Translations under genes and position numbers: made by a program
Shown: positions 52,336-64,000 of the stretch, piece after piece
Layout of the letters: each line of letters opens with the position of its first letter
Position numbering within the stretch: position 1 is the first letter of the stretch
Assembly: GCF_006345805.1 (NCBI RefSeq)
Contig: NC_042999.1
Location: forward strand, 82,894,001 to 82,958,000
Length of the DNA stretch: 64,000 bases
Direction of reading: 5' to 3'
DNA from: Octopus sinensis
Lineage: Eukaryota
Notes under the pieces: model-generated
Databases searched by the model: none
What the model was told of the DNA's origin: nothing
What the model saw: the letters and a program-made list of their open reading frames with translations, nothing else

Positions 52336-53115
52336 CGTTGCAATCTTTTGGCTTCTTAAATAATGAATTGAATGGTTGGAGCCATAAATGTTGTTCTTTT
52401 TAAACTGATCGTGTCACGGCGGAAGAACACCTGAATGAAGCAGACATTTTGCTCTTAGATTATTATGGGGTAGGGTGATAATGTTACCATTTTTTTCTCT
52501 AGAAAGAAATTGCACCAGGAAGCATTATGATAAATGATGTATATTTGGTATCTAAAGCAACGTGTCTAAGTTTCGAAGAATTAATTATTTTTTGAATAAG
52601 GTCAACATCATTCTCTAAATTTTATGGGCCAATTAACTAATTTTCACAGCAACGTGAGTGAAAACACTTGAAAATAAATTGTAAACTTGTTTCAAAATAT
52701 GTGTGGCGTCGAAAGCAACCACTTTACCAAGTCACTTGGATTGAATTTATGAGGCGTGAAATTCAGAAATACGATATTGGGATCAGTTCATGTAACCATA
52801 TTTCTATTTGGTTTCCTTTGAACCGAATAAACAAACATTTATTTTACTATATTGTGTGTGTAAAGAATTTTTTTTCTGTTAGTATTTCTCTCCTATCAAG
52901 CAATCATTTGTATTTTAGTCTATAAAGTCCGATTGACAAGGAATTTTATTCTACCATTTTTTTTATTACCTCCCCTTGATTTTTCTCGGTACACGAGTAC
53001 CCGAATATAACACCTAAATATGATGAGGGTGTTTATGCAGAAAAAAAAAGTTTTTTTCTAAACGAAATCGGAACCACCGAAAGAAAAATCATTAAGGTCT
53101 AGTGAAATACTAGAG

Positions 53116-53503
53116 CAAGGGTTCTCAGCCATTTTTTTTTTTATCTATAGACCCCTTTGATTACTATCATATTCTGGTGGACGTCCCTCATCTATAGCCA
53201 TTCGATGATTAAAAACTAAGTTTTATAGGAACTTCTTTCAGAATTTCTATTTTGTTTTTCACACATTCATTTGAGTAGGTTGAACTATGTAAAATGTTAG
53301 AGAAAGAAACCTAAAGTAAATTTTGTTCCTTAAATCCTTAAAAGTGTTTTAGCCCGAAGGCCGCGGCCATGCTGGGGCACCACCGCTGTAAATGGTGAAC
53401 TTTTAAAAATACTGTTGTGGATACCCAGTTTATTTTGTTGCGTGGACCCCTAAAATCTTATATGACTCTCAAGGGCCATATGGACCCCAGTTGAGAACCA
53501 CTG
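53116..53503. mobile_element. hAT MITE of the 34459 family, carrying a family A SINE fragment
   Basis: Ends CAAGGGTTCTCAGC / GTTGAGAACCACTG; internal match to 34459-34781; TSD not conserved. Confidence 0.8.
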
Positions 53504-53559
53504 AAGCATCGGACTTGTATTCAGTATGCACTTCTTGTCATCTGCTTTCAGTTCACTTC

Positions 53560-53866
53560 GGGTAAAGGGTAAAGACCCACTTCGGTCATGAAGGACCATG
53601 AGATTGCACTCAGAAAGTTCCCCTCCGAAGCACAAGTCCGAGCAAGGTTGTTTATAGAAGACTAGCAGTCGCCCATGCATACCAGCCTCAGAGAAAGACC
53701 GATACAGCTTGGCACCAGTGACGTTGCAACTCATTTCTACAACTGAGTGAACTGGAGCAAGGTGGAATAAAGTGTCTTGCTCAAGAACTTGTCCGGTCTG
53801 GGAATCGAACTCACTACTTCATGATTGTGAGCCCGTCGCTCTAACCACTGAGCCATGCGCCTTCAC
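53560..53866 (-). mobile_element. SINE family C with (TTTACCC)n-like tail
   Basis: Minus strand head GTGAAGGCGCATGGCTCAGTGGTTAGAGCG; ends GGTCTTTACCCTTTACC. Confidence 0.85.
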
Positions 53867-55354
53867 ATTATATTATGATTAAGTCCACTGTATTCTAACC
53901 TTTGAAAATTCCTGCTCTTGCTCCATTTTGATAATTAAACATTGCCTTTGTATCATCAGCACCATTTTATATACTTACATTTATTCTGTCGAGTTGGTAT
54001 ATCCCAGCTGTCAGAAAGTTACTACTGGTTTCGCGTTTACTACTGAAAATAGCAAATATAGACGACTTATCAAACATACCAGCCTGAAGCATTATAGCCT
54101 CATTAAGGCTGGCAAAAAAATATAGAATCCAGTTATATGCCATAACCAAAGATATACGGCTATCTTTCGGTAGAAATCTATGACGGCGAAATTTGAACTC
54201 CGAGCGTAAAGACACCACAAGACTTTCGGATTCCAGACTGGTGTTATTCTTGTCTGTTCTCACCTTAATAATCACCGTCGTAAGAATAACCACTCGTAAA
54301 CCCTTTTAATACTGTTCATAGGTTGGACTTCATTACACACGCTTTTTATTACAACACATTCTCAGCGAAGCGCCAATGATTATTGCTGTCTACACGCACT
54401 CATTTATTTACACTCGCACACATACCTGTGCGTATGTATATGTGTTTATACACTTTTTTTTTTACATGTACGTTCTGTATGTTTGTGCGTTTATGTATAC
54501 ACACACACACATACAAACTCATTAACTTCTATTAATAATGGTCTCTTAATTTATATTATGAGAATGTGGACTGGAATGAGAATTTATAAGTGTTTAATGC
54601 TTAAAGGAGGGCATTTAAGTGCAGTAAATGAAAAGTATCACGTTATTTATAAGTGGTTTATGGTCTTAATAATAATGTTGGTAATGGTAGACTTGAGGGC
54701 TTCTTATTTCTTACCTCAGCCACCTGCTTCTACTCTTAAACTACGTTTTTGTAATCTAGTTACTTTTTAAATTAATAATTCAGTACGAGAGTGTAGAGGA
54801 TTAGCAGAATGTAATAAACTGTAATAATTTCCCCTTACTTTAATCCCTTTACGTTCGGAATTGAAATCTCACTAAGATCGACTGGTGTATCTTGCACCCC
54901 TTTGGGGTTAATATAAATTAATTACCAGTCAAATACTGAGGGCTGATTTATGTCCTTATACCTGCTTTAAATCGAACATTAAAAGTTAGATTACTGGCAA
55001 GTAATAAGGTACTTAGTTCGCTGCTTGTCAGTCTATTTCATTTCTCAAATTGATGTGTATATTTTTCAATACCACGTTATTAAAAATGATAGCAGTAAAT
55101 TCATTTTTAGCTTGATGAATTGGTGTTCTTGTAAAACAACCAATGTAGTCACTTAGCGGCATACCTACATACGTGTGCCTTCGCCGATTTGGTTTCCTTG
55201 TAACTTTCTGAAAAATGGACATTTATTAATGAAATTTTCTACAAATACCTTTCGAATGGTGTAGGTAACGATTATATTGAAATTTAATGTTGAATAATAA
55301 TAAAAAAAAGTGAGCGTGTACATACTAACAGACATCGCATTTAAAACAAATTTC

Positions 55355-55930
55355 AGTATGCATGTGCGCACGCTAGTTTTTATTTTTTATTTTTCCGACA
55401 TGAAATTCTGATATAATCGTATTCCACATCATCTATAAGGTATTTGTTGGAAATGTCGTTTAAAAAATGTCTAATTTTTCTGAAAGTTATGTCAGTGGTG
55501 AGGGCACATTTGTGTAGTTATGCCCACTTTGCTGCGTATGGAAATTAATGTATATAATACAAAATATTATTAAATTACAAGCGCGTTAATTGCTTTCTGT
55601 TGTAATGTTATACTGTACTATAGTAGTATATATCAGTAATTTTTTTTTAGTCAACTGCCACGAATGCCCTGTATTTGCAAATCGATCTATCCAGATAGAA
55701 TCTCTATAAACTGTTCAAAACGGGTAACCAACCGCAAATAAAATCTCAACCGGAAAGAGAATGAACATGCAATGTGCATGTGCACACTAAATTCGTAAAT
55801 CGAAATACTAAAAATACCATGCGCATGTCAAAATAAAGAGAAGAACAAAACAAATTATATGATCGTCTGCATGTCACATCTGACGGCTTTTGTCATCATT
55901 GCTGATCTCCATCTTTTGCCATGGTGTTAT
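55355..55930. promoter_or_regulatory. Candidate promoter at the edge of the CpG-depleted domain
   Basis: GCATGTGCGCACGC (55360), CCGGAA (55750), CATGCGCATG (55818) and CCATCTT (55909): NRF1-, ETS- and YY1-like cores. Confidence 0.35.
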
Positions 55931-56045
55931 GTGTTTAATTAGTTTCCTAGTGCCTCTTACACCACCATCATGAAGATTGTCTAGGACAGAGCTAAAGAAT
56001 TCCTTCTGCCATGTAGTAGTTTTTCTTTCAATCATATTCTCTATC

Positions 56046-56088
<43 letters not shown>

Positions 56089-56096
56089 ATATATGC

Positions 56097-56219
56097 AATA
56101 TAAAGTTTTGAGCTACTAACTGTTTCATGCATTGGAGATGTTGTCTGGGCAGGTTTTAATAACCTGCCTAGACAACATCTCCAATGCACGAAACTATTAG
56201 TAGCTCATAACTTTATATT
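56097..56219. repeat. Near-perfect 123-bp palindrome (59-bp arms, 5-nt loop)
   Basis: 54 of 59 Watson-Crick pairs plus one G-T by hand pairing. Confidence 0.93.
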
Positions 56220-56293
56220 ATGTATTTTAAACAATATTTATCTCACACCAGATGAAGTACTTTTGTTGTTGATCTTGCCTTAATGGAAAAGTA

Positions 56294-56340
<47 letters not shown>

Positions 56341-57506
56341 TACAAACCATAGGGACCACAATATGGATCGTTGACTTGCCAGAAACAACTGTGAAGTCTC
56401 TCCCAAATCACTGCTCGCCCTCACGCGCGCACCCAACTTATAAAAAAGATACAGACTTGGTTACCTTGCAACTAAGTTAAAACTAGATGGTCATAGTTGG
56501 AATGCCTTTGATTGTACTGATCTAAGGCTAAGCAACAACACCATTTCTCCACATTGCTTGGTGAATAAAGCTATCCACGTAGGCACGCATGTTAAACCAT
56601 GTTATTTCTTATCCTTCTCACATAGCAACAGCAACAAAATGCTTTTGAATATTAAGTATATAGCACTAGCTATACACATACTCACTTTTTCTCACCATAT
56701 TATTTTCTGGACTTTTGCCAAGATATTAGTTTCTGTGTATGCGCGTGTTCACTCACCCTACTCACAAATGTGTGTTTATGTAATAATACGTGTACATGTG
56801 TGTATACTTACACGATAAAACACTAAAGAAACACAATTTTCTGCAGAATTAGCAGGCCATGAAATAGCACTTCCAGCATCTGAGGTATCTCAAGGGTGGC
56901 GATCTGAAGGGAAGCAAAAACACAAACCTCCCCTGCTGGAATGTCACCAGGGTTGTTTCTACACTATTCAACTCTATTTACTATACACCTCTCCCTTTCC
57001 TAACATCTACTGTGTATCTAGCTAGGTGAAAAATAAATGGATTTACAAACTGCAATTTGGTAGACTAGCTGCTTTCTATAACTACATCTGTTTTCATTTC
57101 ATTATTTCTTTATACACACTTGCTTTTTCGTACATCTTTTTGTTCTTCCATCTTCTTGGTTCCTTCTCTCTAGTTACCTGAAAGCTTTTCCTTTACCGTT
57201 TTCTTCACTCTTTAACTCTGGTGTTCCATCTTTTATATGCTGTCCACTTCTGTCTTTATGCTGTTTACTTTGTCTGTTGTTGTTGTTGACCATGTCCTGT
57301 CTTGTTTACATATTCCACAGTGTTTACTTTGTCTCATGTTGTTCAGTTTGACTTATATAACCTTCCTTTAACTTGCTTTCATTTGGTTTTTTTTCCAGAC
57401 TTTCTTGTTTTATTTATTTATTTTTTTCATAAACTTTTGGTTAGAAGAGAATCGGTTAGATAGATAACATAATGTGTTATCTATGCATGGGTTATGAGTT
57501 CAAAAT

Positions 57507-57685
57507 CAGTGGTATATCTAGAATGTGTATGCCACCTGGGGCAGTCTTTGAGCTTACCGCCCTCCACCCTGTCCCAGTCCCTCAGCTTATAACGGCTTAA
57601 ACAGCATACCCAAAAGTTCCACTCCCATAAAAGTGAGGCCTGGGGCAAACTTCCACCCTCACCTCACCCACCAGCTACACTACTG
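57507..57685. mobile_element. hAT (Tip100-like) MITE with 8-bp TSD, CpG-decayed
   Basis: Ends CAGTGGTATATCTAG / CCAGCTACACTACTG; flanks TTCAAAAT and TTCAAAGT. Confidence 0.75.
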
Positions 57686-58039
57686 TTCAAAGTTGCTTGT
57701 TTTTTGTTAGGTAACTAAGCAAAAACAAAAATTACATTCCTTCATCTCATCGAGTTCTCAGAATATAGATACTAGATCACCTGGGAATGCATACCCTGGG
57801 TGTGTGTAGAGGGTTTGTCTCTCTTGCCTTGTCTGCTCCCAGCTATATACAATGGAATTATGTAATGATTCCCCTGGGATGGGGGCAAGCTTAAAATACA
57901 TTTATGGTTTTTTTCCTCTCTCGCTGTTACTAGAATGTGGAACTGATACTACAGTTTGACTCAAGCCCTTGACTACTAAAGCATTCCAAAATTTATATCT
58001 GACGGTTATGGCATTCTGTGAGTCATTGAGAGCGCCTGA

Positions 58040-58146
58040 CCGTGGTTACATGATGTTCTAGAAGTAACAACCAAATTGCCCTCAAAATCACGCCCTTTCA
58101 GGTTGGAGAAGGAAAGGACACATTGAAATATATATATATAATATAT

Positions 58147-58204
<58 letters not shown>

Positions 58205-58272
58205 CCTCCTGTCAAAAATGTCTGTGATCATAGATCTGCTCACTCAAAGCTGACCTTGGGTGAAACAACAAC
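58040..58272 (+). mobile_element. Unclassified old repeat with (AAC)n tail, interrupted by (TA)n
   Basis: CTAGAAGTAACAACCAAATTGCCCTCAAAATCAC...GATCATAGATCTGCT...AAGCTGACCTTGGGTGAAACAACAAC; many diverged copies in the window. Confidence 0.6.
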
Positions 58273-58690
58273 TATGTTGTTGGAATAACAGTAACGACGT
58301 GACTCAAGTCAACAAGGAAAAGTCTAGGGCCCCCTCGACCTAGTGCAATATTCAGCCTAATCCTTCTGACGTCATCTGGCCTCCCATCTTAGTCAAGGTA
58401 GGATATCTATGTTTCTATGTGCATATATATATATATATATATATATAATGTATGTATATATATAAAGAGAGGTGTTTGTGTGTGTGTGTATATAGGTAGT
58501 GGGAGAGAGCAAGATCTATATATGAGTATATAACTGTGTGTACATATAAACACATATATAAATGAATATATGAAATAAAAATAAATGAATCAAAATGAAA
58601 GAAAAATATTTGGCAAGAATATTTTAACCGGACAATAATTGAATTGGCACAGCAGTTTATCTCAAATGTGCATATGGGTGAATGAGTGTA

Positions 58691-58735
<45 letters not shown>

Positions 58736-59108
58736 AAAAGATTATAGAGAAGGGTGAAGACAGAGAGGTGAAAGAACAATGTACATCAAGCATAGTAATG
58801 ATAATAGTGGTGATGATGAGATGGCCATGATGATGATGGTGTTGATGACTATGATGATAATGATGATGACGGCCATGTGGCGTTGGCGTCAGTTGGTTTC
58901 TTTGGTGGCAGTGGTGAGGAATGTCTGCAAGCTTTCGAATTTTACTTCTCATGCTTGTACTTCTTCACACTGCCATTTATTCCGCTAAACTTATCTACCA
59001 ATGTTACCCATCATCATCATCATCATCATCTCTCTTAACATACTCTGTCATTTTCAAAAGCTGCTGGGGTTAAATTGTAGGGACAATTTGGATATAGTTA
59101 TAGATGAT

Positions 59109-59145
<37 letters not shown>

Positions 59146-59869
59146 CCTTCCTCCTTGAGAATGGGTTCGTTTTCACATTTTTCTTTCTCCTCACATTTCC
59201 TCCACATCTATTATTATTATTATTATTATTATTATTGTTATATGCTAACCAGGCATTTTAGAGAGTATTATTATTATTATTATTATTATTAATAATAATA
59301 ATAATGATAATAATGGTGAGTGATGGCAGGATCAGCGGAGAATTAGAGAAAATACCTTTTGGTATTTGGTATGTCTTTAAGATCAAGTTCTTCTGATTAG
59401 CTTGACTTTGGCTTCCATTCTCCTGTGGCAGTTGGCTTTCATTCTCTTGTGGCGAGTGTTAATAAAATAGGTTCCTACTTTTCCAGTATTGTACTCTTGG
59501 GCTAGTGACAGAAATTCTTATTTGTTTCTTATTATACTCTTTTCATTCATTGGCTTTTAGCCATGCAGTCACACACACACACTGCCTTAAAGGGATTTTG
59601 TTGATCATAGAGATCCCAGCCCCTATTCAAGCGTGTTAATTACTTTATCAATTCTTGACATAGACATATTGTATATTCAGACACAGCAAGCTTCCATATA
59701 AATTTCTGCCTTCCAAATTCCACTCTAAAGATACTGTTGAACCTCAGACAATGGTCAAAGACTGCTATAAGTGCCACAAAGTGGATCTGAGCTCCTTAAC
59801 CACACATACTACTACTACTACTACTACTACTACTAATACTACTACTACATCCACTATTGATAATATTAA

Positions 59870-60305
59870 GGCGGAGAGCTGGCAAAATCGTTAGCTTGCT
59901 GGCATTTTGTGCTTAGTGGCATTTCGTCCATCGTTATTTCTGAATTCGAATCCTGCCAAAGTCAACTTTACTTTCATCTTTTCAGAGTTCGATAAAATAA
60001 GTACCAGCCAAGCACTGGGTTTGATGTAGTCGACTAGCCCATGTCCTGAAAATTTTAGGCCTTGTGCCTATAGTATATTTTACTTGTTTTAAGGCGGCAA
60101 GCTGGCAGAAGCATTAGCACACTGGATGAAATGCTTAGCGGTATTTTGTCTGTCTTTACATTCTGAGTTCAAATTCCAGTGAGGTCGACTTTGCCTTTCA
60201 TCCTTTCAGGGTTGATAAATTAAGTACCAGTTGCATACTGGGTTGATCTAATTGACTGGCCTTTCCCCCACAAAACTTCAGGCCTTGTGCCTGGATTAGA
60301 AAAGT
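59870..60305 (+). mobile_element. Tandem pair of CpG-decayed family B SINEs (third copy at about 60620-60800)
   Basis: GGCGGAGAGCTGGC at 59870 and GGCGGCAAGCTGGC at 60093. Confidence 0.88.
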
Positions 60306-60799
60306 ATATTCTACTTGTTTCAGTCATTCGCCTGTGGCCATGCTAGGGCACTGCTTTGAAGAATTTTAGTTGAATGAATTTACTCCAGTGTGTATTTTTT
60401 TTAAAGCCTAATACTTATTTTATTGGTCTCATTTGCTGTACTGATAAGTTATGGGGATGTAAACACATTGGTGAAGGGCACACACACATGCACAGCGGGT
60501 TTCTTTCAGTTTCTGTCTACCAAATCCACTGATAAGGATTTGTTCAGCTTGAAGCTATAGTAGAAGAATTGAACCTGGAACCATGTGATTGGGAAGAAAG
60601 CTTCTTACTACACTGCCATACCTAGGGTTGGCAGAATCACTACTGCACTAAACCTAATGCTTCACAGTATTTCTTCTGGCTCTTTATATTCTGAGTTCAA
60701 ATTCTGCCATTTTCAACTTAATCTTTAATCCTTTCAGGGGTTGATAAAATAAATACTAGTTGAACACCAGGTTCAATGTAATTGACCTGCCCCTCTCCT

Positions 60800-61290
60800 C
60801 TAAAAGTGTTTCTTAGTTAAGGAACAAGTCCATGAGTAGTTGGTTATATCAATTCTAAGCACTTTCATTGTTGGGTCCAAAGCAGGGATCATGCTCTTGA
60901 TCTTATCAGGATGCCTTAGAATTTGAGAGCTTAATGTGTTAAACAGCTGTGAAAGTTTACAGTTGTAGGAAAAACATGAGTGGGAAGGAAATTCCAATGG
61001 GATGATATTCTGGGGATAAGAATTGATTCAGTTCCAGGATTTTTATGGGATGAAGTGCAAGAGGAATAAACTTATCTCTCTGGATAAGACAGTCTATTTC
61101 ATAGCATTGGGTAAACAGCTAATGTTACCTAGATGAGTAACCATTTTCTGTATAGATAGCTAAGTTCATATTTGTGGCAGAGTAGATAACCTAAAGTGTT
61201 CTTGTTGTGGCATACAGTGAAAGAATTCTTGAAGTAAATTTGAATTTACAGACTATAGAGAAGCATGTATGTCATTTGATGCCTTATCTA
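60800..61290 (+). mobile_element. Probable L1/Tx1-type LINE ORF2 C-terminal remnant
   Basis: One frame reads HCWVQSRDHALDLIRMP*NLRA*CVKQL*KF...VGRKFQWDDILG...GFLWDEVQEE...HFLYR...W..R..KVFLLW with many stops; the clade call is from memory only. Confidence 0.45.
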
Positions 61291-61323
61291 TCTAATACTG
61301 TTGCTGCCTCTTCAGAAATGGTA

Positions 61324-62070
61324 TTAAGCCTTTTGGTACCAAACTGCTTGATACTACTATCTTTGGTTTTGATATAAACTTCTGGTTTCAAAGCGATGTG
61401 AATTAAAATATTGCATCAAAATTTCATGTTAATTTATGTTCCAAACACCGACTTAATAATCTTTTCTAGAATAGGCACAAGGCCTGAAGTTTTGTGGGGA
61501 GGGGCTAGTTTAGTTGATTATATCGATCCCAGTTCTCAGCTGGATATTTTATTGACCCTGAATGGATGAAAAACAAAGACCCTGAATGGATGAAAAACAA
61601 AGTTGACCTTCACAGAATTTAAACTCAGAACAATAAGACCAATAAGCATTTTGTCTGGCATCTTAATGATTCTGCCAGCTTCCCACCTTTACCTCCTTAA
61701 TAATGGCAGTTGTTTTACTAAATTCCTTATTTTCAATATTAATCGAAACAAAGGACATGTATTTTAACAGAAATATGATATAAAGGGTGGAGGCACGTGG
61801 CTTAGTGGTTAGGGTGACAGCATCATGATCGTAAGATTGTGGTTTCGATTCCTGGACCGGGCGATGCGTTGTGTTCTTGAACAAAGCACTTCATTTCACG
61901 TTGCTCCAGTCTATTCAGCTGGCAAAAATGAGTAACGCTGTGATGGACTGGCATCCCATCCAGCTGGGGAACACATACGCCATAGAAACCGGGAAACCGG
62001 GCCCATGAGCCTGGCTAGGCTTTAGAAGGGCGCATTTATTTATTTTTTATGATATAAAGAAGGATTATAA
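61324..62070. mobile_element. piggyBac-like (TTAA) MITE carrying two nested SINEs
   Basis: TTAA-GCCTTTTGGTACCAAAC left end and degraded AAAGAAGGATTATAA right end; family B SINE (minus) at about 61480-61690 and family C SINE at 61786. Confidence 0.5.
61786..62047 (+). mobile_element. Young family C SINE with 12-bp TSD
   Basis: TATGATATAAAG at 61774-61785 and 62048-62059; intact A and B boxes, intact CpGs, (ATTT)n tail. Confidence 0.92.
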
Positions 62071-63035
62071 TAGATACCCTAGGAGCCTATACATATTTGA
62101 TTGACCTGCTAAAAATAACGACAAAATTTCCCTCAAATCACAGCCCACACAAACACATTGGATAAGGTGGTCTTCGGTTCCTTTCATATATTGAAGAAAA
62201 AGAAAAAAAAACAAGATGGGGTGGTTATAGCTGCAATGCGTTTGTTTATTAGCTTGCTTGATTAGGACTACCCTTAGACAAAACAGCAATAATATTTAAA
62301 AGATTGGCACTCTTTTGTCTAACCAGCTGGCTATCTTCCATATCTTTCTTTTTTGTGCATAAATGAATATAAATTCTTGTATTGAAGTGAACATCATTCT
62401 CTGCTACTTGTTCATTACGCATAATAAATAAATACATGATGGACTGCAGATGGTTGACACCTCTCCTTCCCAATGTTTTGATATTCTGACAATTAGAAAA
62501 CTAAGATCGTTATCATTTTTTTTTTTTTGCACACCATGTGGAACAGGTAAAGGCTGTGTGGTTCAAAAAGTTCAATTTGCAACCATATGGTCCCAGTTTC
62601 ATTTCTAATGCATGGCACATTGGGCGAGTGTCTTCGACTATATATCCAAGTGGACCGATTATGAATGAATTCGGTTAACCAAAACTGTGTGTAAGCCTTA
62701 TCAGTTATATATTAAGGTAGTGTCTCGAAACTGAGAAAGACAGTTCTGCCTTTTGTTGTTGAATAACCTGCAGATATGATTTGTTTATAGTGATCAGATG
62801 TTTGTGCTGCACATGAGGTCATTACCTCCAAATTGACATTGCCTGTACAGGTGCATGGGGAACCACATTTGAGACAATGAATTGGTTGCAGAGTAATATG
62901 AGCTGAAATGTCTTGCTCAAGAACATGATGCACTGCCCAGTGTGGGAATCAAATCCATGAGTGTACAATCATGTGTACAACACCTTAACCGCCAGGCCAC
63001 ATGTCCTTAGGATATGTGTGTGTGTGTTTATATAT

Positions 63036-63425
63036 AGGTGCAGGAGTGGCTGTGTGGTAAGAAGCTTGCTTCTCAATCACATGGTTCCAGGTTCAGTCCC
63101 ACTGTGTGGTACCTTGGGCAAGTGACTTCTACTATAGCCTCAGGCCAACCAAAGCCTTGTGAGTGGATATGGTAGACAGAAACTGAAAGAAGCTTGTTGT
63201 ATATATATCTATTTGTGTGTTTGTGTTTGTCCTCCCCGCCATCACCATTTGACAACTGGTGTGGGTGTGTTTGTCCCCATAACTTGACAGTTCAGCAAAA
63301 GTGACCAATAGAATAAGTATCAGGCTTTAAAAATAAAGTGGTGAGGTTGATTCATTTAATTAAAAAGTCAAGGTGGTGCCCCAGCATGGCCGCAGTCTAA
63401 TGACTGAAACACATAAAAGATATAT
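63036..63425 (+). mobile_element. SINE family A, full length, strongly CpG-decayed
   Basis: AGGTGCAGGAGTGGCTGTGTGG...GTAGACAGAAACTGAAAGAAGCTTGTTG...GACTGAAACAC. Confidence 0.9.
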
Positions 63426-63428
63426 ATA

Positions 63429-64000
63429 CAGTAATGCCTTGATAAATGAGTTAATTTGTTCCTGGAGATCATTTGTAAAGTAAAAACTTGTGAAGCAGAG
63501 CAATAATTTCCCTTAGTAGCAATGATATAAATTGTAATTCGTTTCCAGAAAAATATTTTACCTATAAAATTTATAATATTGGTAAAGAAATGGAAAAATG
63601 CAAAGAGTATTTTTATGTAAAGTAAAAGGAATGTCAAGATCATTTATAATAAAAAATATTATTATAAACGATTTCTGAATCACTTTCACTCGCACTGGAC
63701 TTGCACACACCATCACTTGTAGACATGGTTGCTGATTCACAAACACTCACAGACAGACTTGTAGATTTCTTTTTAAAAGAGAAGTGTAGAGTTGTTTACT
63801 TAGAAGAAGCATTTTTTTCACTCTCTATAAAATTCTTAGTAGTACTTAGAAGCATTTGTTATGGAAGAAGAAACTTTTGCACTTCGTTCCAGATTTGGAT
63901 CTTATGCTTGAAAAATTTCCAAGGCTTTATCCAAATGTTGAAATGCTTCCACAAGTCCTTTCAACATGAATGCATTACCTGTCGTTTCATTGAGTGTCCT
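63429..64000 (-). mobile_element. Tigger/pogo DNA transposon end with transposase C-terminal remnant; runs off the window
   Basis: TA-CAGTAATGCCTTGATAAATGAGTTAATTTGTTCC TIR-like end; minus strand ...ALEIFQA*DPNLERSAKVSSSITNA..YY*EFYRE*KNA..TTL.FSFKK resembles the Tigger1 transposase tail. Confidence 0.8.

Noticed and set aside
62249-62473. Minus-strand 74-aa ORF in unique-looking DNA
   Set aside because: No credible acceptor or donor and no recognisable motif.

Overview
AT-rich, repeat-dominated animal DNA, most likely an octopod cephalopod (Octopus-like). This is inferred from the tRNA-derived SINE families, RTE/CR1-type LINE remnants and dense (TA)n/(CA)n microsatellites. Most ORFs in the track are microsatellite artefacts. 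I can support one host coding exon: 16991-17138 (+), a signal peptide followed by an Ig I-set-like A/A' strand pattern and a strong GT donor. I found no exon 2, so the rest of the window is probably a >46 kb intron. The remainder is mobile DNA: a full-length decayed mariner, a Tigger end, RTE, CR1/L2 and probable Tx1 LINE fragments, four SINE families, hAT and piggyBac-like MITEs, a Helentron-type HINE and five Penelope-like remnants with hammerhead-like motifs. I found no clear new protein-coding system. The best leads are RNA-structure and epigenetic signals: a pre-miRNA-like or ADAR-type hairpin at 28.9 kb, a 93-bp inverted duplication fused to a hammerhead-like element at 29.6-30.2 kb, a 59-bp-arm palindrome at 56.1 kb, and CpG-decay domain boundaries near 12 kb and 56 kb. 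All coordinates were counted by eye and no searches were run.
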